Assembly: GCA_963833095.1 (NCBI GenBank)
Contig: CAWHWQ010000006.1
Coordinates: forward strand, 1-43,691
Origin: Vulcanimicrobiota bacterium
GTDB lineage: Bacteria > Vulcanimicrobiota > Vulcanimicrobiia > Vulcanimicrobiales > Vulcanimicrobiaceae
DNA length: 43,691 bases
Direction: 5' to 3'
In this document: positions 16,665 through 24,400 of the stretch, one piece after another
How positions within the stretch are numbered: the first letter of the stretch is position 1
How the letters are laid out: every line of letters starts with the position of its first letter
Made by a program: the position numbers and the translations under genes
Notes under the pieces: model-generated
Told to the model about the DNA's origin: nothing
Databases searched by the model: none
Seen by the model: the letters and a program-made list of their open reading frames with translations, nothing else

Positions 16665-17911
16665 ACGAACATCCGGTTTACACTGCAAACGAATTCGCCG
16701 CCGAGGCGCGCTACCTCGATACGCTGATCTGGGAAGCGATCGTCGTGATTCCAGGCGCCAAAGTGCTGGTATGCGGCTACGGCCCGGATGGAGCCTATGT
16801 GCAGCACGCGATCGATGGGGGCGCGAACGTCACCGTCATCGAGCATCGCCAAGAAGAAATCAATCGCTTCAATAAACTCGACGCCAAGTTGCTACGCGGC
16901 AGCACCTCGGTCATTCCCGCAAAAGACAACAGCTTTGATCTCGCGATTTCGTATCACTACCTGCACGAGATCGACCCCTTCTTCCATTCGCAGGTCCTTT
17001 CCGAACTCGGGCGCGTCGCGCGCCGCGTCGCGGTCATTGAGCCGGCGCCTCCAGCCGATCCGCTAGGCAAGCGCATAGCGCTGCTCTATTCGCAGGCCAA
17101 GCGCGAACTCGGGCAATTCGAATATTACCAGCCGCTCGAGTATTGGAAGAAACTGCTGCAAGGCGTCAAGGCTGACGTTTCGCAGCACGTCTTTGCTTTT
17201 GCAAAAGTTCCGCCGCGCGAGTACCTCGTGGATACCGTGCAACTGTTGCTCGACACGATCGAAGCCGAAGAGGCGCCGCGCGAATACATGAATGAGTTGC
17301 GCACGATCGCACAACGTTCGGACGCGCAACTGTTGCCGCCGCCGCGCTACGTGCTCGTGGGCGCTGCTGCCGGTGATTTGCTCGTGCCCAGCTTCACGCC
17401 GCGCCTTCCGTCGCGCCCCATCCTTCCGCCGGCCCAGCCGGCACCGGGGGCAGCCGCCGCAATGCCGCGCGGACGACCGGGACGTCCCGACGTGAGCGCG
17501 CAAGCCGGCTACGAGATGCCGCCAATCGAGGGAGCCCCCAAGGCCATCACGCCGCCGGACACGATCGAGCCGTTCCCGGTCCCAGCGACGCCCAAGCCCA
17601 CCGCGGCGCCACAACCAGCTCCGCAAGCACCCCAACCGCAAGTACCCCAGCCGGTTCCGCAACCACCGCCGCCGGCTCCGCAACCACCGCCGGCTCCCGA
17701 CTTCGGAATCGCGGGGCTGCCGTTCGGCGCTCCACCCCCGCCGCTTCCGGGCGCGCCGACCCCCGGCGCACCCTTCGGTATGCCGTTTGCGACGCCGCCG
17801 GGCGCGGCGGCTGAGGCGCCAAGCTTTGGACTTCCCGGTGGTGCGCCACCGGCGAATCCGGGTTGGGCGTGGGAGCCGCCCGAAGGCGGCGAGGAACCGC
17901 CGTTACCCTGA
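16661..17911 (+). CDS. Class I SAM-methyltransferase-like domain with long proline-rich C-terminal tail
   Basis: 'KVLVCGYGPDG', 'IPAKDNSFDLAISYHYLHEI', 'VLSELGRVARR'; low-complexity P/A/Q tail; GTGA overlap with the aroA stop. Confidence 0.7.
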   Translation: MNEHPVYTANEFAAEARYLDTLIWEAIVVIPGAKVLVCGYGPDGAYVQHAIDGGANVTVIEHRQEEINRFNKLDAKLLRGSTSVIPAKDNSFDLAISYHYLHEIDPFFHSQVLSELGRVARRVAVIEPAPPADPLGKRIALLYSQAKRELGQFEYYQPLEYWKKLLQGVKADVSQHVFAFAKVPPREYLVDTVQLLLDTIEAEEAPREYMNELRTIAQRSDAQLLPPPRYVLVGAAAGDLLVPSFTPRLPSRPILPPAQPAPGAAAAMPRGRPGRPDVSAQAGYEMPPIEGAPKAITPPDTIEPFPVPATPKPTAAPQPAPQAPQPQVPQPVPQPPPPAPQPPPAPDFGIAGLPFGAPPPPLPGAPTPGAPFGMPFATPPGAAAEAPSFGLPGGAPPANPGWAWEPPEGGEEPPLP

Positions 17912-18160
17912 ACGCGGAAAGCTCGAGCGGATCCGCTCGAGCGCTTCTTGCGCTTGAATAAGTAGCGCTTCGGCAAGGATCAGCGCACCTTCGATGCGTC
18001 CGACGTCGCCTTGCGCCTTTTCGAACTTCGCAAGTAACGCAGCCGGAACGAGAGCGTCAGCGTGGCGCTTCGCGCGCAGCGCCGCGGACAACACGACGAA
18101 CGCTGCGATGAGGATCAGCACGAGTGCCGCGACCGCGCCGGACACCGGGATCCAGATCAT
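17903..18160 (-). CDS. Small single-TM hypothetical protein
   Basis: N-terminal hydrophobic helix then a helical region; ATGA overlap with the FmdB-family gene. Confidence 0.65.
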   Translation of the reverse strand: MIWIPVSGAVAALVLILIAAFVVLSAALRAKRHADALVPAALLAKFEKAQGDVGRIEGALILAEALLIQAQEALERIRSSFPRSG

Positions 18161-18444
18161 GCAGCCGAGTCGGTTGAAGAGCTGGGCTTCGCCTCGGAAC
18201 TCGGCTTCGCGTCGGAGCTCGGCTTGGCGTCGGAACTTCCCGACGATTCGCTGCTCGTACTTTTCGCCGGACGCGAATCGGTTTTGTAAAAGCCCGAGCC
18301 GTTGAAGATGATCGGGGCAGGGTTAAAGACGCGCGTTAGCGCGCCGCCGCATTGCGGGCACGGCTCGGCGTTGGTGTCGTTGAAGCCATGGCGAACCTCG
18401 GTGACCTTGCCACAGGCTTCGCAGCGGTAATCGTAGAGCGGCAT
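18157..18444 (-). CDS. FmdB family zinc-ribbon protein
   Basis: 'MPLYDYRCEACG...CPQCGG.LTRVF....IIFNGSGFYKTD'. Confidence 0.92.
   Translation of the reverse strand: MPLYDYRCEACGKVTEVRHGFNDTNAEPCPQCGGALTRVFNPAPIIFNGSGFYKTDSRPAKSTSSESSGSSDAKPSSDAKPSSEAKPSSSTDSAA
18182..18235 (-). repeat. Three imperfect 18-nt tandem repeats encoding the S(D/E)AKPS tail
   Basis: ctgggcttcgcctcggaa / ctcggcttcgcgtcggag / ctcggcttggcgtcggaa on the plus strand. Confidence 0.8.
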
Positions 18445-18466
18445 ATCGGTTCTGTTATATCAAGGT

Positions 18467-18961
18467 CTAGCAGTCTCGGTCAATGACTGCTAGCTCAACC
18501 ATGCCTTTAAAGTGCACCAGCGCGTCGTCGAGCCCTCGCTCGAACCGCCTTCCATGCTTCCAAGCGTCCATCAGGGCGCCAAAGCGACCGCCGTAGGCGG
18601 GATAGCTGAGTTTAACGTGCAGTTTCGCGCGCGAGGTCTTACGCTCGATGCGAAAGTCCAAGCGGCGCCGCACCGAGTACAGCCCAACGAGCGAAAGGTG
18701 GAAGTTGGCAATAAATTGGTCGATTTCGAAGGCTTGCTCTTCGTCGCCCGGCAGGCTCGAGCGAACGATTACTTCGGTTCCCACGGAAAGCGGAGATGCC
18801 GGATCCGCTAAGGTCGCGCTGCGCAGGAATGGGAGCCACACGGGCCACTTCTCAACGGCACAGAGCAGCGCGAATGCGTCTTCGACCGGTGATTCGATAT
18901 CGAGACTCGCGCTGTACGACCGGAGCCCGGGATGGGCAAGGGCATCGGTCACGATCGCCAT
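18467..18961 (-). CDS. SRPBCC (polyketide cyclase/START-like) family protein
   Basis: 'SASLDIESPVEDAFALLCAVEKWPVWLPFLRSA...VGT' and a C-terminal helix 'LDDALVHFKGMVE'. Confidence 0.75.
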   Translation of the reverse strand: MAIVTDALAHPGLRSYSASLDIESPVEDAFALLCAVEKWPVWLPFLRSATLADPASPLSVGTEVIVRSSLPGDEEQAFEIDQFIANFHLSLVGLYSVRRRLDFRIERKTSRAKLHVKLSYPAYGGRFGALMDAWKHGRRFERGLDDALVHFKGMVELAVIDRDC

Positions 18962-19006
18962 GGTCGGACTACTTCGGCACGCTAGATATAGTGCCTGCCG
19001 CTCGGG

Positions 19007-20182
19007 CTACCCCAATATATCGCCAGAACCGGCACTGACGGCGAACGCGACAAGAGTTTGGACCCCCACCGCGAGGGCAGCTTCGTCGAGCCGAAACTCG
19101 GCGCCATGCGCCGGGTGGACCGCGCCCGCGGCCTCGCTGCGCACCCCTAAACGAACTTGCACGCCGGGTACCCGCTGCGCGAAATACGCAAAATCTTCGG
19201 CGCCCATCGTCGGTTCGAAACGCTCGATAGGCAACGCAGTATTCGCGCGGAGATACCGCACGAAGCGTTCGGTTAACTCGACATTGTTGACCACCGGCGG
19301 ATAGCCGTGCACGATGCGAACCTCCGCTGTCGCGCCGTAGGCGGCGGCGGCATGTTCGACGATGCGGCGCACGCGCGCTTCGAGCCCGTTGCGAATTGCG
19401 GGATCGTGCGCGCGTAAGGTTCCCGAGAGTTGCACTTCGTCGGCAATGACGTTGTTGCGATAGCCGCCGGCAATCGTGCCGATCGTAACGACCACGGCTT
19501 TAAGCGGATCGATCTCTCGTGCAACGATATTCTGCAGCGCCAGCACCACCGCGCTCGCCGCAACGACCGCATCGATCGACGTGTGCGGATATCCGCCGTG
19601 TCCACCTTTGCCGCGAACCGTAATGTAGAGTTCATCCGCCGATGCATTGACGGGACCCGGCGTGATGCTAATCGATCCGGCCGGCAAACGGATGTCGACG
19701 TGCTGCATCGCGATGGCTTCGACTTTGGGGTCGTCAAGCGCGCCTTGCTCGATCATCGGCAACGCGCCGCCCGGCCCTTCTTCCGCCGGTTGAAAAATCA
19801 GTACCGTCGTACCGTGCAGCCGCTCGCGCATCGCCTGCAATTCACGCGCCGCGCCCAGCAGCATGGCCGTGTGCGCATCGTGTCCGCACGCGTGCATTTT
19901 GCCCGCGACTTCCGAGGCGAACGGTAATCCCGTGCGCTCGGTGATCGGAAGCGCATCCATATCGGCACGCAGACCCACCACATGGCCGGGTAGCGCCCCG
20001 CGAACAACGCCGACGACGCCGGTCTGCGCGAGGCGCCGGTGTTCGACGCCGAGCGCATCGAGTTCGCGCTCGACCAGCGCCTGCGTCTCGTGCTCTTCAA
20101 AGCCCAGCTCCGGATGGCGATGGATGGTGCGGCGCAACTCGACGACGCGGTCGATCGTCGGTGCAGACGGTTGTTCGATCAC
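19007..20182 (-). CDS. M20D family amidohydrolase
   Basis: 'RRTIHRHPELGFEE', 'LRADMDALP', 'MHACGHDAH', 'FQPAEEG', 'GKGGHG', 'MGAEDFA'. Likely GTG start at 20182. Confidence 0.92.
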   Translation of the reverse strand: MIEQPSAPTIDRVVELRRTIHRHPELGFEEHETQALVERELDALGVEHRRLAQTGVVGVVRGALPGHVVGLRADMDALPITERTGLPFASEVAGKMHACGHDAHTAMLLGAARELQAMRERLHGTTVLIFQPAEEGPGGALPMIEQGALDDPKVEAIAMQHVDIRLPAGSISITPGPVNASADELYITVRGKGGHGGYPHTSIDAVVAASAVVLALQNIVAREIDPLKAVVVTIGTIAGGYRNNVIADEVQLSGTLRAHDPAIRNGLEARVRRIVEHAAAAYGATAEVRIVHGYPPVVNNVELTERFVRYLRANTALPIERFEPTMGAEDFAYFAQRVPGVQVRLGVRSEAAGAVHPAHGAEFRLDEAALAVGVQTLVAFAVSAGSGDILG

Positions 20183-20238
20183 TCGGGGCCTCTGCGGCGG
20201 CAGTACGATGCTTCCCTGCGAGCGAAAGCACGGGAGCA

Positions 20239-21000
20239 ATGATTGGAGCCGATGCCGCCCTGGCAGCGCTGATCGACCGGGCCGCCACCACGTATCTCAC
20301 CGCGGCGCCGGCGTACATTACGTTTCAAGAAAGTACGCACGTCGAGGGCGCGAACAAGAGCGAGGACATCAATCGCTACGTTGCGGTGCGCGTTGCCGAT
20401 GACTATGCGGTGATGCGCGATCTCCCGCAGGGTGCGCAGCGCGAGGGGCCGGCGTTCCCGGTGATTCCGTTCTTCGATCCGTTTTCGACGTTCCGCTTTA
20501 GCTATTTTGCGAACTTAAAGAGGATCGACATCACCTTCGATCCGGGGCAACCGTTCCAACTCCAGCTCCCCGCGCCCGATCCCAGCGTGAACGAGGTCGT
20601 GACGTATTTTTCGGAATGGGCGCCACGCTACGCGCCCGATTCGACCGAGGACGCGCTGCATTTTCTCATTCAGCCGACGCCGCGTACCGGCAACAACACG
20701 CTGTATCCCTCAGACGTAACCGAGGACCCGGCGACGCATTTGCCGTCGCACGTGACCCTCCAGGACAACGGAACCGACATGACGCTCGGCCTGGACTTCT
20801 CGATGGTCAACGGTTATTGGGTGATCACGCGCGGGACGTGGAGCGCGACGCAACACGTCGCCTTGATCGGTGCTTTCAAGGTCAACGCCGTCACGACGTT
20901 TTCGAATTTTACGTTTCCGACCACGGCGCCCGATCCGCTTCTGGCAGGCACACCGCGCCCTAGTTCAAGTCCCAGCGCAAGCCCGAGCCCGTCACCCTAG
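20239..21000 (+). CDS. Hypothetical protein, probably exported, with Ser/Pro tail
   Basis: ATG at 20239 after GGAG; complex beta-rich sequence; ends in 'PSSSPSASPSPSP'. Confidence 0.7.
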   Translation: MIGADAALAALIDRAATTYLTAAPAYITFQESTHVEGANKSEDINRYVAVRVADDYAVMRDLPQGAQREGPAFPVIPFFDPFSTFRFSYFANLKRIDITFDPGQPFQLQLPAPDPSVNEVVTYFSEWAPRYAPDSTEDALHFLIQPTPRTGNNTLYPSDVTEDPATHLPSHVTLQDNGTDMTLGLDFSMVNGYWVITRGTWSATQHVALIGAFKVNAVTTFSNFTFPTTAPDPLLAGTPRPSSSPSASPSPSP

Positions 21001-21003
21001 CAT

Positions 21004-21040
21004 TGTCATCCCGAGCGTAGCGTAGCGTAGTCGAGGGACC
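21004..21040 (+). repeat. REP-like short element (GTCATCCCGAGCG...GTCGAGGGAC type)
   Basis: tgtcatcccgag-cgtag-cgtag-cgtag-tcgagggacc directly after a stop codon. From memory it resembles the GTCATCCTGAGCG..AGTCGAAGGA repeats seen near GIY-YIG genes. Single copy in this window. Confidence 0.5.
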
Positions 21041-21112
21041 GCATAAGGAGCACGCATTGATCTTAACGCCGCTGGTAATTGCCCAGAGGGCCGTCCCGAG
21101 CGCCACTCCGGC

Positions 21113-21385
21113 GTGCGCAATTCCAGATCGCGAGTGATGATAACGTACGCCGATTTACCGCTTCCAGCCGATGAGAAGGCCCCCGTTACGGCGCTGGTGC
21201 TGGTCACGGTCGGACCCAACGGCAAGATTGTAAGCACACGCGTTCGAGTATCGAGCGGCAGCGCGAGCATCGAAGTACGCGCCGAAGATCGTCAATTGCG
21301 AGCCGGTTACGGGCACTATTATTTTTCGAGCGGCGTTCAACCCACCTTAGCGACAGCTAAACGGCTCGACCGGGGAGAGGATTAA
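21113..21385 (+). pseudogene. Remnant of a TonB C-terminal-domain gene
   Basis: 'APVTALVLVTVGPNGKIVSTRVRVSSGSASI' resembles the first half of TonB_C; similarity then stops, and no convincing start or signal peptide is present. Confidence 0.45.
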
Positions 21386-21619
21386 CCGACATTTTAAATC
21401 CAGCGCCCACGGCGCCGGCATCTCGACGATCACGCACGTGATGCCTCTGATCGCCTCAACCCGCGCAGCATTCCCCTCCGCCATTTTCGCGACCCGGTCG
21501 GCGATCGCGCGGGCTTTGGCGCGCGACACCACGTACGGTTTGTCGAGGTAACCCCACCCAACGAAAATCTCGTCGTCGGGAGTTTGTGCCCACGCGCTAA
21601 GCTGCTCGATTGCGGTCAT
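21347..21619 (-). CDS. Hypothetical protein
   Basis: ATGA overlap with the LLM oxidoreductase stop; no recognised family. Confidence 0.45.
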   Translation of the reverse strand: MTAIEQLSAWAQTPDDEIFVGWGYLDKPYVVSRAKARAIADRVAKMAEGNAARVEAIRGITCVIVEMPAPWALDLKCRLILSPVEPFSCR

Positions 21620-22596
21620 ACCATCACCCTAGCAATCAACTCGAGGGAACGCAAGCGCGCCTGATGATCGAATACGTCGGAGACGATCATCACTTCGTCG
21701 ACCTTCGTCTCCTCGATGAACGCCTGCATTCCCGCGCGCACGGTATCCGGCGATCCGACAACCGAACGCGCCAGCAGGTTAAGCGCTTGCGCTTTTTGAT
21801 CGGGCGACCAATAGGTCTCGATGTCGTCGATCGGCGGTTTGCTCAATCCGCGCTTGCCGGTGAAAATGTCGGCGACGGACATCTGTTGCGTCGTTGCCAG
21901 CCGCTTGGCTTCGGCGTCGGTATCGGCGGCGATGACGTTGATGCCCGCCATCGCATAGGGGCGATCGAGCTGCGCCGACGGTTTGAACCGGCTGCGATAG
22001 GCATCAAGCGCGGGCAGCAAAAGATCCGGCGCGAAGTGCGATGCAAAAGCGTAGGGCAATCCGAATTCGGCAGCGAGCATCGCGCCGAAGGTGCTCGAAC
22101 CTAGAATCCACAGCGGTACATTCGTTCCGGCGGCGGGCACGGCGACGATCGTTTGTCCCTCAGCCGGGTCAGCGAGAAAGGTTTGCAGCTCGAGCACGTC
22201 TTGCGGAAAGAAGTCTGATGCATTGGGTGCTCGGCGCATCGCCCGTACCGCTATCTGATCCGTTCCCGGCGCGCGGCCGAGCCCAAGATCGATGCGACCG
22301 GGAAACAGTCGCTCTAGCGTGCCGAATTGCTCAGCGATGACGTAGGGCGCGTGATTGGGCAGCATGATACCGCCTGCGCCGACACGGATCGTCGACGTTC
22401 CCGCGGCGATGTGCGCGACCACGATCGAGGTCGCGGCACTCGCGATGCCCGCCATGTTGTGATGCTCGGCGATCCAGATGCGCTTGTATCCTAGCGCTTC
22501 GATGTGCGCGGCGACTTCGCGCGCGTTGTTGAGAGCAGAGCGCGCATCGGAGCCTTGTCGGACGCGGACCAGTTCCAGCAAAGAAAATTCGGGCAT
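21616..22596 (-). CDS. LLM class flavin-dependent oxidoreductase (luciferase-like, YhbW type)
   Basis: '[13 protein letters not shown]', '[15 protein letters not shown]', 'AEQFGTL', '[12 protein letters not shown]', 'WILGSS', 'FASHFAP'; SD GGAG before the ATG at 22596. Confidence 0.93.
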   Translation of the reverse strand: MPEFSLLELVRVRQGSDARSALNNAREVAAHIEALGYKRIWIAEHHNMAGIASAATSIVVAHIAAGTSTIRVGAGGIMLPNHAPYVIAEQFGTLERLFPGRIDLGLGRAPGTDQIAVRAMRRAPNASDFFPQDVLELQTFLADPAEGQTIVAVPAAGTNVPLWILGSSTFGAMLAAEFGLPYAFASHFAPDLLLPALDAYRSRFKPSAQLDRPYAMAGINVIAADTDAEAKRLATTQQMSVADIFTGKRGLSKPPIDDIETYWSPDQKAQALNLLARSVVGSPDTVRAGMQAFIEETKVDEVMIVSDVFDHQARLRSLELIARVMV

Positions 22597-22611
22597 AACG
22601 TGTTCTCCAAA

Positions 22612-22640
22612 CAACAAAAGCCGGACAAAGTATCCGGCTC
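22612..22640 (-). terminator. Intrinsic terminator after tRNA-Ser(CGA)
   Basis: Minus strand AGCCGGA-tactttg-TCCGGCT followed by TTTGTTG. Confidence 0.7.
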
Positions 22641-22650
22641 TTGCTTTCTA

Positions 22651-22741
22651 TGGCGGAGAGGGTGAGATTCGAACTCACGGTACCTTCATCAGGTACGCCC
22701 GCTTTCGAGGCGGGTGCCTTCAACCGCTCGACCACCTCTCC
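22651..22741 (-). tRNA. tRNA-Ser(CGA), CCA encoded
   Basis: GGAGAGG...CCCGC-CTCGAAA-GCGGG, long variable arm, GTGAG-TTCGAAT-CTCAC, CCTCTCC-G-CCA. Confidence 0.97.
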
Positions 22742-22750
22742 ATACCTTTC

Positions 22751-22784
22751 GTGCCGCTTCGCGGCACCGCACATCCTGTGCTCG
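22751..22784 (-). repeat. tRNA 5'-leader two-hairpin motif, copy 1
   Basis: Minus strand CGAGCAC-AGGAT-GTGCG then GTGCCGC-GAA-GCGGCAC, ending 9 nt before tRNA-Ser. Confidence 0.65.
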
Positions 22785-22866
22785 AAAGGAGTGCGTCACC
22801 CTCACGGTGACGCTCCATCACCCTCCGGGTAATGCGTGTCTGCGGCGACACCGATACTACCCGCGA

Positions 22867-23343
22867 TTACGCGTCGATACCTTCCTCTACCCTGGGAGCC
22901 CGCTTTTGTCGGAAGTACTGGCGCAGCTGGTCGGCCGCCTCTTCCTCGAGCACGCCCGCCGTCACCTCCAGGCGGTGATTGCTCTTCGCTGACTGCAGCA
23001 CATCGAATGCGCCGCCGTCCGCGCCGCCCTTGGGGTCGCGCGCCGCATAGACAACGCGCTTGAGCCGGGCGGCAATAATCGCACCGGCGCACATCACGCA
23101 CGGCTCCTTGGTGACGTAGAGGGTTGCTTCGTGCAAACGCCATGCACCCAAACGCCGTGAAGCTTCGCGAATGAGCAGCATTTCGGCATGTGCGGTCGGA
23201 TCGGGGCGCGCTTCTTTTTCGTTTTTGGCTTCGAGCATCAGATCGCCGCTGACGAGGACCGCACCGACGGGAACGTCGCCGGCGTCGGCCGCTTCTTGCG
23301 CAAGCTCAATCGCTCGCCGAATATATCGCTCGTCGTTCGTCAT
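22867..23343 (-). CDS. tadA: tRNA adenosine(34) deaminase
   Basis: 'DVPVGAVLV', 'DPTAHAEM', 'WRL..ATLYVTKEPCVMCAGA', 'DPKGGA', 'LRQYFRQKR'. Confidence 0.93.
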   Translation of the reverse strand: MTNDERYIRRAIELAQEAADAGDVPVGAVLVSGDLMLEAKNEKEARPDPTAHAEMLLIREASRRLGAWRLHEATLYVTKEPCVMCAGAIIAARLKRVVYAARDPKGGADGGAFDVLQSAKSNHRLEVTAGVLEEEAADQLRQYFRQKRAPRVEEGIDA

Positions 23344-23361
23344 GGCGTGCCTAGAGAAAAT

Positions 23362-23435
<74 letters not shown>

Positions 23436-23443
23436 ATATTCCG

Positions 23444-23474
23444 CTCGCTTCGCGAGTCGCACGTCCTGTGCTCG
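23444..23474 (-). repeat. tRNA 5'-leader two-hairpin motif, copy 2
   Basis: Minus strand CGAGCAC-AGGAC-GTGCG then CTCGC-GAA-GCGAG, ending 8 nt before tRNA-Arg(CCG). Confidence 0.65.
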
Positions 23475-23502
23475 GAACGTGTCGGCGCATCCTGCGACGA
23501 CG

Positions 23503-23736
23503 CTACTCAGGGGTCGTTCCGGTTCCAGTGCTCGGAATGTGTTTGAACAGATCCAATTTATGGTCGACCAGCGTACGGTAGAACTTGCGCACGCAATCGG
23601 GATGGCCGAAGAAATAGGTTCGTGCATAGGCGAGGTCGTCGCCCGAACTATCGGGGACATAATGCGAGATCTCGATCTCTTCCATCTGATTGCGATCGAC
23701 GGGATGAGGACAGAAATCGCACGGAATTGTGGACAT
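23503..23736 (-). CDS. Small putative zinc-finger protein (77 aa) between two tRNAs
   Basis: 'MSTIPCDFCPHPV...YFFGHPDCVRKF' gives a CxxC...HxxC ligand set. Confidence 0.65.
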   Translation of the reverse strand: MSTIPCDFCPHPVDRNQMEEIEISHYVPDSSGDDLAYARTYFFGHPDCVRKFYRTLVDHKLDLFKHIPSTGTGTTPE

Positions 23737-23800
23737 GACTCTTAGGGTACTCCGCTCGCGAGCGGCGGGACCTCTTCTGAGGTCCCGCCTCCCGTAAAAT

Positions 23801-23875
23801 TGGTGACTCGGGGGTGATTTGAACACCCGACCAAGGGCTTATGAGTCCCCTGCTCTACCGCTGAGCTACCGAGCC
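23801..23875 (-). tRNA. tRNA with CAT anticodon, non-initiator (elongator Met favoured; Ile2 not excluded), CCA encoded
   Basis: GGCTCGG/CCGAGTC acceptor with paired G1-C72, anticodon arm GGGGA-CTCATAA-GCCCT, GGGTG-TTCAAAT-CACCC, A-CCA. Confidence 0.93.
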
Positions 23876-23904
23876 CGGTTGCCGAGGGCCGTTTTCGACA
23901 CCTG

Positions 23905-23934
23905 ACTGTACCAAAACCCGCCCTCAAGGTGCAA
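23905..23934 (-). promoter_or_regulatory. Sigma70-like promoter for the CAT tRNA
   Basis: TTGCAC-18 nt-TACAGT with TGG before the -10, about 30 nt upstream of the tRNA. Confidence 0.55.
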
Positions 23935-23939
23935 GCGTA

Positions 23940-24344
23940 CTAGCGGGAGGGGTCGGCGAGGTATTCCTTCACCAGGCGCTCGGGCGCTCGCGCAAGCCAG
24001 GCTTCGGTAATGAGATCGCGCAGCTCGCCAACCTTGATCCGGCTCAAACGCACGAGAATCGCCGGATACCCGTCAAAGTGCGGCGTCGTAAAGTACACAT
24101 CCGGATCGCGGGCGAGTAACGCTTCCTTCATGCCGAGATCGGCCGTGCGCACGCCGAGGATCGCGCCCTTCGGCGCTGCGGCGCCAAGGGCCGCAATCTC
24201 ATTCTTACGCAACGGGCGTTCCCACACGAATCCGCGGTCTTTCGATTTGTCCTTGACCGCCCACGTCTTCATCTCCCATTTCACGGTCTCGATCACGCCG
24301 GGCATAGCTGTCGCAAGCCGCGCAACGTCATTCCATGTCGCCAT
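23940..24344 (-). CDS. MmcQ/YjbR family DNA-binding protein
   Basis: 'MATWNDVARLATAMP', 'FVWERPLR', 'KEALLARDPDVYFTTPHFDGYPAILVRL', 'ITEAWLARAP'. Confidence 0.9.
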   Translation of the reverse strand: MATWNDVARLATAMPGVIETVKWEMKTWAVKDKSKDRGFVWERPLRKNEIAALGAAAPKGAILGVRTADLGMKEALLARDPDVYFTTPHFDGYPAILVRLSRIKVGELRDLITEAWLARAPERLVKEYLADPSR

Positions 24345-24400
24345 ATGGTTCCTAATACCCAAAGGTGCGCGCGGGTGACTGGGAAATACGGATCAACAAT

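Noticed and set aside
17440..17900. Repetitive C-rich DNA as a repeat array
   Set aside because: It is explained by proline codons in the protein tail; there is no fixed repeat unit or spacer structure.
18182..18235. 18-nt repeats as a mini CRISPR array
   Set aside because: The repeats are tandem with no spacers, in frame within a coding tail, and there are no cas genes nearby.
22742..22866. SRP RNA (ffs) next to tadA and tRNA-Ser, as in other Terrabacteria
   Set aside because: The SRP helix-8 motif (CAGG..GGAA..AGCAG) is not present.
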